From Gemmata obscuriglobus (GTDB lineage: Bacteria; Planctomycetota; Planctomycetia; Gemmatales; Gemmataceae): DNA of 32,000 bases. Under the pieces are notes generated by a model. That model worked only from the letters and a program-made list of their open reading frames with translations. It had not been told where the DNA came from and made no database searches. Shown piece after piece: positions 1 through 7,415 of this stretch. Position numbers and translations under genes: made by a program. The DNA lies in NCBI RefSeq assembly GCF_008065095.1, contig NZ_CP042911.1:1800001-1832000 (forward strand). The letters are read 5' to 3'. The number at the start of each line of letters is the position of its first letter. Within the stretch, counting starts at the first letter, position 1.

Positions 1-817
1 CGACCTCGTAGTTGTCGAGCGCCCCGGCCCAGCCGTCGAAGTCCGTGCCGTTGAACAGCGGCTCGAAGCCCTTGGCGTCGTGCGTGCGGAGGACCTCGTT
101 CGCCTCCGCGGCCGGGATCTCGCGCACGAACAGGTTGCGCCAGCGGATCTCGCCGCCGTGCGTTTGCAGCAGGACCTTGCCGGCCTTCGGGAGCGCGGCC
201 TTGCGGTCCCAGTAGTTCTCCATGCGGGCGTGCTCGACCACCCGTTTCCCGTTCAGGTACACGGTGGTGCGCTCGCCCACCTGGACGATGCGGAACGAGT
301 TCCACTCGCCGAACGGCTTGTCCGCGCGGGCGAGCGGGTCGCGCCCGGGCGCCCCCGGGGTGTTGTTGAACAGCCCACCGGAGCCGAGGTGCGGCTTGCG
401 GGTCGGGCTCTTGGGGTCGAACGTTTGCCCGCTGTCCCAGATCTGCACCTGCGGCGTGTTCCGCAGGTAGATGCCGCTGTCGGCCCCCGCGACCGTCTTG
501 TACTCCACCAGCAGCTCGATGTCGCCGTACTCCTTCTCGGTCGCCAGGTACGCGCCCTTGCCGTCGTTCACGAGTTCGCCGTTCGCGACGCTCCAGTGCT
601 TCTTGGCGTCGGCGGTCCACTCATCGACCTTCTTCGCGCGCTCCTCGGGCGCGAGCTTCGCCACGTCCAGCGGGGAGCCCCCCTTGGCGTGGACGGCCCA
701 GCCGTGCCAGCCGGACAGGTCCTTGCCGTTGAACAGTGGGGCGAAGCCCTTCGGGGCGTCGGCCGCCAGAAGGGGAAGGGCCGCGCCCAGCGCGGCGCAC
801 GCGAGCAGGTAGTGCAT
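1..817 (-). CDS. Tandem DUF1080 (3-keto-disaccharide hydrolase-like) domain secreted protein; C-terminus runs off the window start
   Basis: Absent from the ORF track because there is no stop codon in the window. The reverse complement from the ATG at 817-815 reads MHYLLACAALGAALPLLAADAPKGFAPLFNGKDLSGWHGW...GEWNSFRIVQVGERTTVYLNGKRV...LLQTHGGEIRWRNLFVREI. A second domain start, FEPLFNGTDFDGWAGALDNYEV, lies at the window edge. There is a signal-peptide-like N-terminus and the frame is G/C-rich at third positions. Confidence 0.8.
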   Translation of the reverse strand, partial: MHYLLACAALGAALPLLAADAPKGFAPLFNGKDLSGWHGWAVHAKGGSPLDVAKLAPEERAKKVDEWTADAKKHWSVANGELVNDGKGAYLATEKEYGDIELLVEYKTVAGADSGIYLRNTPQVQIWDSGQTFDPKSPTRKPHLGSGGLFNNTPGAPGRDPLARADKPFGEWNSFRIVQVGERTTVYLNGKRVVEHARMENYWDRKAALPKAGKVLLQTHGGEIRWRNLFVREIPAAEANEVLRTHDAKGFEPLFNGTDFDGWAGALDNYEV

Positions 818-851
818 AACGAACCCGATGTGGTAGAAGGGGGCGGGCGGT

Positions 852-1982
852 TTACTTCTTCGGCGGGGCGGGCGGTGCGGGCGCGGGGCCGGTGAAATCG
901 TACACGTAGGCGGTGCCGTTCGCGCCGGCCACGGCGAACCGGTCGCCCGCCGGGCTCAGCGCGAAGTCGCGGCAGTTGGTGGGAACGTTGATCGTGTGAA
1001 CGCCGGCTTCGTCCTTGCCCTTCCAGAACCAGACCCGCCCCTGGCCGCCGCCCCCCGCGGAGATGATCGCCCCGGACGGGTGGAACCCGACCCCCCATGC
1101 GGTGCCCTGGAACGCCTCTTTCGGGCGCAGCAGCGTCGGTGTGCCGGCCGCCCAGTGGATCAGCACCACGGCGGGGTTGCCCACGCCGGCGAACGCGTTG
1201 CTGACGTTGGTGATCCCGCACAGCGCGAACGCGGACCCGTCGGCCCGGAACGCGATCCCGCGGGCGCCGCCGATGTCCGCCATGAAGCCGGCGTCGTACT
1301 TGGCCAGCACCTTCGCGTCGAACTCGCGCTCGCACGTGCCGGTTTTAACGTCCCAGTCCTTCACCACGCCCTTCAGGTCGCACGACACGAGGCGCCGGCC
1401 GTTCGGGTGGAACGCGACGTTGTAGACGTGCGACGTGTGGCCTTCGAGGGTGCGGACCGGGGCGCCGTCGGCCGCCGCCCAGAGCTTCACCGCGTGGTCG
1501 TTCCCGCAGCTCGCGACGGTCGCCCCGTCGGGGCTGACGGCCACGGCCCGCGCCCAGCCGTCGTGCGCCGGCACGGTGCGGAGCGGCTTCGGGGCGTCGG
1601 CGGCGCCGTCCCACCAGATCAGGTTCCCGTGGTAGTCCGCCGAGATCAGTGTGAACGGAGCGGCCTTGGGCACCGGCGCCCGCACCGCGCCGAACCCGAT
1701 CGCTCCGTGAAGCGTGCCGGGGTTCGGTGCGGGCGCGCCGGGGGCCGACGCTGCGGCAACGAACGCGAGCCCGCGCACCCAGCTCGCGTGGCCGACGAAC
1801 GCGGTTTTCGCCCCGGTGAGCAGGTCGAACCGCTGGACCGTGTCGTCCTCGGCGGACGCGAACAGGAACCGGCCCGACGGGTCGAACCGGCACCCGACGA
1901 GCGGGCGCGGGTGCTTGAAGCTGTGGGCGATGCGCGCCGCCGTGGGGTCGAACGCGCGGCGCGGCGGGGGGACGTCGGACAT
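852..1982 (-). CDS. WD40-repeat (beta-propeller) protein
   Basis: Part of track ORF 852..2225. I place the start at the internal ATG at 1982 (MSDVPPPRRAFDP...), because the upstream 81 codons run through the REP-like repeats. Repeated WD-like units are visible: GHASWVRGLAF, AHDGWARAVAVSPDG..ASCGNDHAVKLW, GHTSHVYNVAFHPNG..VSCDLKGVVKDWD. Confidence 0.8.
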   Translation of the reverse strand: MSDVPPPRRAFDPTAARIAHSFKHPRPLVGCRFDPSGRFLFASAEDDTVQRFDLLTGAKTAFVGHASWVRGLAFVAAASAPGAPAPNPGTLHGAIGFGAVRAPVPKAAPFTLISADYHGNLIWWDGAADAPKPLRTVPAHDGWARAVAVSPDGATVASCGNDHAVKLWAAADGAPVRTLEGHTSHVYNVAFHPNGRRLVSCDLKGVVKDWDVKTGTCEREFDAKVLAKYDAGFMADIGGARGIAFRADGSAFALCGITNVSNAFAGVGNPAVVLIHWAAGTPTLLRPKEAFQGTAWGVGFHPSGAIISAGGGGQGRVWFWKGKDEAGVHTINVPTNCRDFALSPAGDRFAVAGANGTAYVYDFTGPAPAPPAPPKK

Positions 1983-2023
1983 GGCGGCGCTTCTTGGTTT
2001 CAGGGGCCTTTGCGAATCTTGGC

Positions 2024-2100
2024 TTTGTGGCACAGACATTCCTGTCTGTGCGTTGTCGTCGGTTCCGACGTCAGGAGGAATCGACCTGTCAACCGGTGGT
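2024..2100 (+). repeat. REP-like element, long copy (22-nt palindrome GCACAGACA-TTCC-TGTCTGTGC at 2030-2051 plus a second small hairpin CGTCGG-TT-CCGACG)
   Basis: Perfect 9-bp stem read directly from the sequence. The copy is near-identical to the reverse complement of 2741-2817. Confidence 0.8.
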
Positions 2101-2167
2101 GGGAGGACACCGTAGCCGCGGATGCTTTTCAGCTCAGGTGTTTCCGGCAGCGCGGCCGTGGCTCGCA

Positions 2168-2200
2168 GCACAGACAAGAATGTCTGTGCCACAAAAACAA
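2168..2200 (-). repeat. REP-like element, short copy (GCACAGACA-AGAA-TGTCTGTGC followed by CACAAAAACAA)
   Basis: Same palindrome arms and same CACAAAA(A)CAA tail as the copies at 2789-2820 and 2827-2852. Confidence 0.75.
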
Positions 2201-2228
2201 AATCATGCCGTGCCACCGACATCATACA

Positions 2229-2723
2229 TCAGTCCGCGCGACCGGCTGAGTACAACCACTGGTACAATTCGGGCTCCGCTACGAGCCCGGCCTTCACCGG
2301 GTTGAAGCGGATGTAGCCCCACGTTTCTTCCAGCTCCCGGTCGTTCCGCACGATGCGGTCGTACCCTTCGTCCTGCCACAGCGCCTCGCTTCGCCCCTGG
2401 CGCCGGTTGATCGCGCGTGCCGAGTAGCCCTTGACGCTCTTCGTCAGTTCCGGCAGGCTGTGGAACTCACGCGCAGTCACATCGGTCGCGTCTCGAGGCA
2501 GAGGGCGGACCAACGCATGCGCGTGGTCGGGCATGACGACCGCCGCATACACGGCCCACCGTTTGGTGTCCCAGAAGCGGACCGCGTCGAGTGCGAGTAC
2601 GCGGTCTTCCGGCGCGAGTTCGCGACCCGGGGCCACGCGCCAGGTGAGGAAGTATGTGGCGCCCGGTTGGTGCCAGTGTGGTAGGTTCCGGCGCGTCGCC
2701 TGGAACTGGCGAATCGGTGGCAT
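2229..2723 (-). CDS. REP-associated tyrosine transposase-like protein (IS200/IS605 Y1 HUH transposase family)
   Basis: Part of track ORF 2229..2852. Start taken at the ATG at 2723 (MPPIRQFQATRRNLPHWHQPGATYFLTWRV...), downstream of the REP copies. HUH motif in VVMPDHAHALV; C-terminal Tyr region ALWQDEGYDRIVRNDRELEETWGYIRFNPVKAGLV; RNLPHW N-terminal motif as in RAYT-type proteins. Confidence 0.8.
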   Translation of the reverse strand: MPPIRQFQATRRNLPHWHQPGATYFLTWRVAPGRELAPEDRVLALDAVRFWDTKRWAVYAAVVMPDHAHALVRPLPRDATDVTAREFHSLPELTKSVKGYSARAINRRQGRSEALWQDEGYDRIVRNDRELEETWGYIRFNPVKAGLVAEPELYQWLYSAGRAD

Positions 2724-2740
2724 GGCGCCTCGTGTTGGTT

Positions 2741-2820
2741 CCCGCCGGTTGACGGTCGGTCCCTCCTGGCGTCGGGACCGACGACGACGCACAGACAGGA
2801 ATGTCTGTGCCACAAAACAA
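2741..2820 (-). repeat. REP-like element, long copy in inverted orientation (palindrome GCACAGACA-GGAA-TGTCTGTGC at 2789-2810)
   Basis: Reverse complement aligns base for base with 2024-2100, apart from a handful of transitions and one 1-nt indel. Confidence 0.8.
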
Positions 2821-2826
2821 AGCCGC

Positions 2827-2852
2827 CAGGAATGTCTGTGCCACAAAAACAA
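2827..2852 (-). repeat. REP-like half copy (AGGAATGTCTGTGCCACAAAAACAA)
   Basis: Only the right arm and tail are present, directly adjacent to the full copy (doublet arrangement). Confidence 0.6.
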
Positions 2853-2886
2853 CGCCGCTGATGCTACGGGGTGGCTAAGCGCCTCG

Positions 2887-4164
2887 CTACGCCAGGATCT
2901 CCTCGATCGCGGACGCCTTCGGGTCGGCGACCGGCACCGGGCGGTCGTTCGGGTAGAAGTTCTTCGTGCTGTCCAGGCCCACCGCCCGCAGGTACGTGTG
3001 GAACAGGTGCCCGCTGGACACCTCGCGGTCCGCCACCGCGGTGCCGGTCGCGTTCGTCTTGCCCACCACCGCCCCGCCCTTGACCCCGGCGCCGGCCAGC
3101 GCCACGCTCCACGCCTTCGACCAGTGGTCGCGCCCGTACCGGTCGTTGATCCGCGGGGTCCGGCCCATCTCGCTCATCACCACCACCAGCGTGCTCTCCA
3201 GCATCCCGCGGTCGGACAGGTCGTCGAGCAGGGCCGCGAACGGGCGGTCGAACTCGCCGAGCTGCTCGATGTGGAAGTCGAAGTTCTCATGGTGCGTGTC
3301 GTAGTTCGAGTGCGACACCTTCACGTAGCTCACGCCGGCCTCCAGCAGCCGCCGGGCCAAGAGCAGGTGCCGGCCGAAGTCGTGCCGCCCGTACCGGTCC
3401 GCGACCTTCGGGCTCTCCTTCTCGATGTCGAACACGTCCGCCTGGCGCACCACCCGCTCGGCCTGCGCGTAGCTCTCGGTGTACGCGTCGGTGGCGGCCG
3501 ACTTGCGCGACCGCGCGAACCGGTCGTTGAGCTTGCGGCGGAACGCCTCGCGCGCGGCGTCGGCGTCGCCCGCGAGGTCCTTCGGGCGGAACAGGTCCGC
3601 CGGCGGCTTGCCGTCGCCGAGCGACACCGCCGCCACCTTCGGCCCCAGGAACGTGGCGTCCCGCCCGCCGAACCCGCTCCCGCCCCGCGGCAGGATCTGG
3701 ATGTTCCCGGGCAGCGCCGACGCGCCCCCGCCGAGCAGCTTGGCCGCCACCGCGCCGATGTGCGGGTACTCGATCCCGGGCTCCAGCCGGCGCCCGGTGA
3801 GCATGATCTTCTCGCCGATCCCGTGGTCGTCCGAGACCGAGTTGAGGCTGCGCACGAGCGCCAGCTTGTGAATCCGCTTCGCGGCGTGCGGCAGCAGTTC
3901 GGAGATGCGGGTGCCCGGGACCGAGGTCTGGATCGCCTTGAACGGCCCGCCGGTCTCGGTGTTGGGCTTCGGGTCCCACGTCTCGAGCTGGCTCACGCCG
4001 CCCGCCAGGAAGATCACCAGCACCCGCTTCTGTGACTTCTTCAGCTCGCTCGCGGCCCCCGCGCTGGCGAACCCGCCGAGGCCGAGCGCGGCGGTCGCGC
4101 CGAGGAGCCCGCGCCGCGAGACCGCGTGCGGGGCCGTGTGGCAGGCGTACTGGCATGGCAGCAT
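2887..4164 (-). CDS. DUF1501 domain protein (sulfatase/alkaline-phosphatase-like fold) with a Tat-type signal
   Basis: Track ORF of 425 aa. N-terminus has SRRGLLGATAALGLGGFASAGA (twin-arginine-like). VLVIFLAGGVSQLETWDPKP, SDDHG, SHSNYDTHHENF and VVVMSEMGRTPRIN are typical DUF1501 blocks. Lies next to a DUF1549/DUF1553 gene, the usual pairing. Confidence 0.9.
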   Translation of the reverse strand: MLPCQYACHTAPHAVSRRGLLGATAALGLGGFASAGAASELKKSQKRVLVIFLAGGVSQLETWDPKPNTETGGPFKAIQTSVPGTRISELLPHAAKRIHKLALVRSLNSVSDDHGIGEKIMLTGRRLEPGIEYPHIGAVAAKLLGGGASALPGNIQILPRGGSGFGGRDATFLGPKVAAVSLGDGKPPADLFRPKDLAGDADAAREAFRRKLNDRFARSRKSAATDAYTESYAQAERVVRQADVFDIEKESPKVADRYGRHDFGRHLLLARRLLEAGVSYVKVSHSNYDTHHENFDFHIEQLGEFDRPFAALLDDLSDRGMLESTLVVVMSEMGRTPRINDRYGRDHWSKAWSVALAGAGVKGGAVVGKTNATGTAVADREVSSGHLFHTYLRAVGLDSTKNFYPNDRPVPVADPKASAIEEILA

Positions 4165-4224
4165 GTCGGGCTCCCGCGTGTGGTGAAGCTGTGGGCGTGA
4201 CCCACGGCCGTAACGAATCGAGGC

Positions 4225-4333
4225 GTTTCAAGTTCCAGGTTTCAAGTTCCACGCGAAGCCAAAAGGCGCACGAACGGCCTGAGCTTTTGCGAAGCGGTTT
4301 CCAACTTGGAACCTGGAACTTGAAACTTGAAAC
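4225..4333. repeat. Long imperfect inverted repeat built from GTTTCAAG / CTTGAAAC units in the DUF1549-DUF1501 intergenic spacer
   Basis: GTTTCAAGTTCCAGG (4225-4239) is the exact reverse complement of CCTGGAACTTGAAAC (4312-4326). Extra GTTTCAAG/TTGAAAC units and an inner CAAAAG/CTTTTG pairing are present. The region is locally AT-richer than its surroundings. Confidence 0.55.
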
Positions 4334-4348
4334 GGACTGAATTCGGTG

Positions 4349-5974
4349 TCAGTGGTTGAACCGGAACTCGGCGCTGGCGACCATCGCCCACACCAGTTCG
4401 TTGAGCGTCGCTTGGCGGTTCCGGGCGCCCTTCAGCGCGTCGGCGATGTCCCGGCGCTCCTCGGCGGTGGGCCGCCGGGAGAGCACCGCCGCGAACAGCT
4501 CGTCCGCGACCGCGTTCGCATCGGCGGTTTTGCTCAGCCGGTCCGCGAGGTTGCCGGCGCGGGCGGGCAGCAGCCCGCGCACCGCCCCGCCGTACTTCAG
4601 GAACAGCGTCTGGTCGAGCGTGGCCGAGAACGTCTCGCCCGCGTCCCCGGGCCGGCCGCCGAGCGCCCGCCGGAACGCGACCAGGCGCGGCGCCAGCCGC
4701 CCGTCGAGCACCTCGTCCGTCGCCTTCGGCCCGAGCTTCTTGACCGCGTCGCGCTCGGCGTCGGTGTGCCCGGTCGCCTGCATCACCGCGTACGCGAACT
4801 GTTCGGGAGAGAGGGGCTTCAGGATCGCGACCAGGTAGCGGTCCTCGGGCGCGTCGGAGTCCGCGGGCAACTCGCTCGACCGCTGGTACGCCTCGGACAG
4901 CGCGATCTCGCGCACGAGCCACTTGAGGTCGTACCCGTGCGCCACAAGCTCCCGCGCGAGTTCGTCGAGCAGTTCGGGGTGCGACGGCGGGTTCTTCTCG
5001 TGGTCCCAGTCGAGCGGGTGAACGATCCCCCGGCCCATCATCAGCGCCCACATGCGGTTGGCGATGTTGCGCGCGAACGCCGCGTTCTCGGGGCTGGTCA
5101 CCGCGCCGGCGAGCCGCGCGCGGCGGCTGTTGGCGGGCTTCGCGACCGCGCTCGGCGCGGGCCTGGGCTCTTTGTCCTTTACGGGCTCGGGCTCCTCAGC
5201 CGGCTTGACGCCGGCGATGCGGGGCAGGGCGGTGTGCTGCTTCTTGTCCTTGTCGAACACGCTCATGAAGCTGACATCGCCCTCGGCCTTCTCGGCGATC
5301 ACCGCGCCGGCGGCCTGTGCGTCGGGGGACAGGAACGAGCGGTTCAGGAACGCCTGGATGCCGTAGTACTCGGCCTGCCGGTAGCCGTCGACGCTCGGGT
5401 GGTCGTGGCACTGGGCGCACTGGAGGTCGCGGCCCAGGAACACGCGGCCGAGGTCCCGGGTCACGAGGTGGGGTTCGAGGTCGCGGTCGAGGAAGAACTT
5501 CGCGGCCGGGCGGGTGTTCGGGTCGGCCCCGTCCGCGGCCAGGAGGTCGCGCACGAACCGGTCGTAGGGCCGGTTCTCGGAGAACGCGACCCGGAGGTAC
5601 GTCTCCCACGCGGCCCGGGGCACCTTCGCGTCGGGCCGGCGCTCCATCAGCATCACGTCGAAGTGCCACGCCATGCGCCGCGCGTACCCCGGTGCGGCCA
5701 GCAGCCGGTCGACGAGCTTCGCGCGCTTATCCGGTTCCGAACTGGCCAGGAACTGGTTCAACTCGGCGACCGCGGGGACGGTGCCCGCGAGGTCCAGGTA
5801 CGCCCGGCGGACGAACTCCTCGTCGCCCGCGAGCGGCGCGGCCTTCTTCTTGAAATCCGGGACGCCGGCGGCGATGTGCCGGTCGATCCGCACGTGCAGC
5901 GGCTCGGCGGCCGGCGCGAGGCCCGGGGCGGCGAGCAAAACGGCGGCAGCGAGAGCGCGAAAGGGAGCGAGCAT
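4349..5974 (-). CDS. DUF1549/DUF1553 domain protein (PSD1-like, no obvious cytochrome c domain)
   Basis: Track ORF of 541 aa with a signal-peptide-like N-terminus. FVRRAYLDLAGTVPAVAEL is a DUF1549 block. CAQCHDHP and MWALMMGRGIVHPLDWDHEKNPPSHPELLDELA are DUF1553 blocks. Confidence 0.9.
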   Translation of the reverse strand: MLAPFRALAAAVLLAAPGLAPAAEPLHVRIDRHIAAGVPDFKKKAAPLAGDEEFVRRAYLDLAGTVPAVAELNQFLASSEPDKRAKLVDRLLAAPGYARRMAWHFDVMLMERRPDAKVPRAAWETYLRVAFSENRPYDRFVRDLLAADGADPNTRPAAKFFLDRDLEPHLVTRDLGRVFLGRDLQCAQCHDHPSVDGYRQAEYYGIQAFLNRSFLSPDAQAAGAVIAEKAEGDVSFMSVFDKDKKQHTALPRIAGVKPAEEPEPVKDKEPRPAPSAVAKPANSRRARLAGAVTSPENAAFARNIANRMWALMMGRGIVHPLDWDHEKNPPSHPELLDELARELVAHGYDLKWLVREIALSEAYQRSSELPADSDAPEDRYLVAILKPLSPEQFAYAVMQATGHTDAERDAVKKLGPKATDEVLDGRLAPRLVAFRRALGGRPGDAGETFSATLDQTLFLKYGGAVRGLLPARAGNLADRLSKTADANAVADELFAAVLSRRPTAEERRDIADALKGARNRQATLNELVWAMVASAEFRFNH

Positions 5975-6132
5975 CGCGGGGCGGTCCTTGCGGTGGGGGG
6001 AGCAAAGGTGGACCGGCAGGTGGGAGGATTAATCGTCGCCCGGCTCCGCGCCCGAGTCAAGCGCGAAACGGCCCGGCGCGCGGGTGCGCGGGCAATTCGA
6101 CTCTCCGGCCGCAACCCGGGCCTTGGAACTGT

Positions 6133-7146
6133 TTAGCGCTGGAGCGAGGTGAGGATCTCGAGCATCAGGCGGCCCTGGTCGGCGTCGCTCAGGTAGATTT
6201 TCTCGGTTTCGGTGTACTCGCGGATGTACGCGGCGATGATCTTCCGCAGCTCGGTCACGTCGAGGCGGGACAGGTCGTACACCTTGAGGGCCGCGAACTT
6301 CGCGAACAGCCGTTCCAGGATGCGCGCCCGGTGGCGGAGCAGCGGGTCCAGCATGGTCGGCGACGGGTCGCCCGGGGGGCGCGGGGCCGGCGCCGCGATC
6401 AGGCCGCTGCCGGGGCGCGGGGACGCGGTGATCGAGCCCGGGCGCGGCAGCGCCGGGGTGGAGACGGGCGCCGGGGCCTTGGCCGCGGGCGAGGCGGAGC
6501 CGGTCGCCGGCAGCCCCGGCTGTGTGGCGGTCGCGTCCTTGGGGGGCGCGGCCGGCGCCGGGGCCGCGGCTTCGCGTATGAACGACACCGTCGCGGGTTG
6601 CCCCAGCACCTCCGGCGGGATCAGGGCCAGGGCGCGGAACCCGTTCGGCAGGCGGACGTCGAACAGGCTCATGCTCGCCAGCACGGGGCCGACCGGCTCG
6701 GCCTGGGCCGCGATCCGATCCAGGGTGCCCCGCAGGTGCCCTTCGTCGCGGAACTTCACGCTCGTCGGGAGCCACTGCGCGGCGTCGCGGCGCACGATCA
6801 CCATGCCCGGGCCGACCACCATGACCTCCCGCGCCCCCGGGTCGTTGAACAGCTCCTCGAGCGGGCCGTAGCCGAACAGCTCGCGGTAGACCTCCTCGAG
6901 CAGCCGGTCGCGGTCGGGCTTGGCGAACCCCCGGGCCTCCTGGTCGACGACCTGCTCGGCGTACTGCTTCAGGCTCTGGCGCAGCAGCGACTGCGGCATC
7001 CGCTTCGAGGAGCCCATGTCCAGGCGCTCCTCGAGCCGTGTCAGCACCCGCTTGCGGGCGGCCTCGAAGTGTACCGGGGTGAACCCGATCGGCCCGGCTT
7101 GGCCCGCGGAAAGGTACGTCGAAGCGGACGGACGCTGCGGCAGCAT
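6133..7146 (-). CDS. Protein with a CpaF/TadA-type secretion-ATPase N-terminal domain but no ATPase domain; Pro/Ala-rich linker
   Basis: Part of track ORF 6133..7470. Start placed at the ATG at 7146 (MLPQRPSAS...), which is uncertain. LLEEVYRELFGYGPLEELFNDPGAREVMVVGPGMVIVRR...VKFRDEGHLRGTLDRIAAQ...FDVRLPNGFRALALIPPEV..PATVSFIRE matches the N-terminal half of CpaF-like ATPases. No Walker A motif follows. Confidence 0.6.
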   Translation of the reverse strand: MLPQRPSASTYLSAGQAGPIGFTPVHFEAARKRVLTRLEERLDMGSSKRMPQSLLRQSLKQYAEQVVDQEARGFAKPDRDRLLEEVYRELFGYGPLEELFNDPGAREVMVVGPGMVIVRRDAAQWLPTSVKFRDEGHLRGTLDRIAAQAEPVGPVLASMSLFDVRLPNGFRALALIPPEVLGQPATVSFIREAAAPAPAAPPKDATATQPGLPATGSASPAAKAPAPVSTPALPRPGSITASPRPGSGLIAAPAPRPPGDPSPTMLDPLLRHRARILERLFAKFAALKVYDLSRLDVTELRKIIAAYIREYTETEKIYLSDADQGRLMLEILTSLQR

Positions 7147-7415
7147 GGCGGCAACTTCCACGACGGGGGACGGACTGGGCCAACACGAGCTTAGAACGCG
7201 TTCCGCCCGTGTGCCCCACGTTCCCCGGTAACGGGGCACGAAGGGCCGCCACATTTTACCCCGGTCGCCCTCTTGACGCGGGCCGAATCTTCGTTTAACG
7301 TTCGCCCCTAAGTTCACACGGCCCACACCCTCGCGGGGCCGTGCGCCGGCCGGACGGTCTCGATCAGCACCCACGGATGGGCCGCTCCCTTCACGGGTCA
7401 GTAGCCCCGCACCGA

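Larger units (their letters stand above)
2024..2852. mobile_element. REP/RAYT-like unit: a Y1 (HUH) transposase gene flanked by inverted REP-like palindromic repeats
   Basis: Two ~77-nt copies (2024-2100 and 2741-2817) are reverse complements of each other, with about 8 differences by eye. Two shorter copies lie at 2168-2200 and 2827-2852. The transposase-like ORF sits between them. Confidence 0.7.

Noticed and set aside
1983-2225. 81-codon N-terminal extension of the WD40 ORF (and likewise 2724..2852 for the transposase ORF)
   Set aside because: The extensions are translated REP-like palindromes (FVAQTFLSV, MSVPQ). The internal ATGs at 1982 and 2723 give sensible N-termini.
2024-2852. Possible CRISPR array, because of recurring ~22-30-nt repeats
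   Set aside because: The repeats occur in both orientations, are irregularly spaced, and flank a transposase-like gene. There are no cas genes and no regular repeat-spacer periodicity.
6028-6060. TTGACT ... ATTAAT promoter-like hexamers (minus strand) upstream of the DUF1549/1553 gene
   Set aside because: The spacer is 21 nt, and hexamers at 17-18 nt spacing are poor matches. This is not supportable as a sigma70 promoter from sequence alone.
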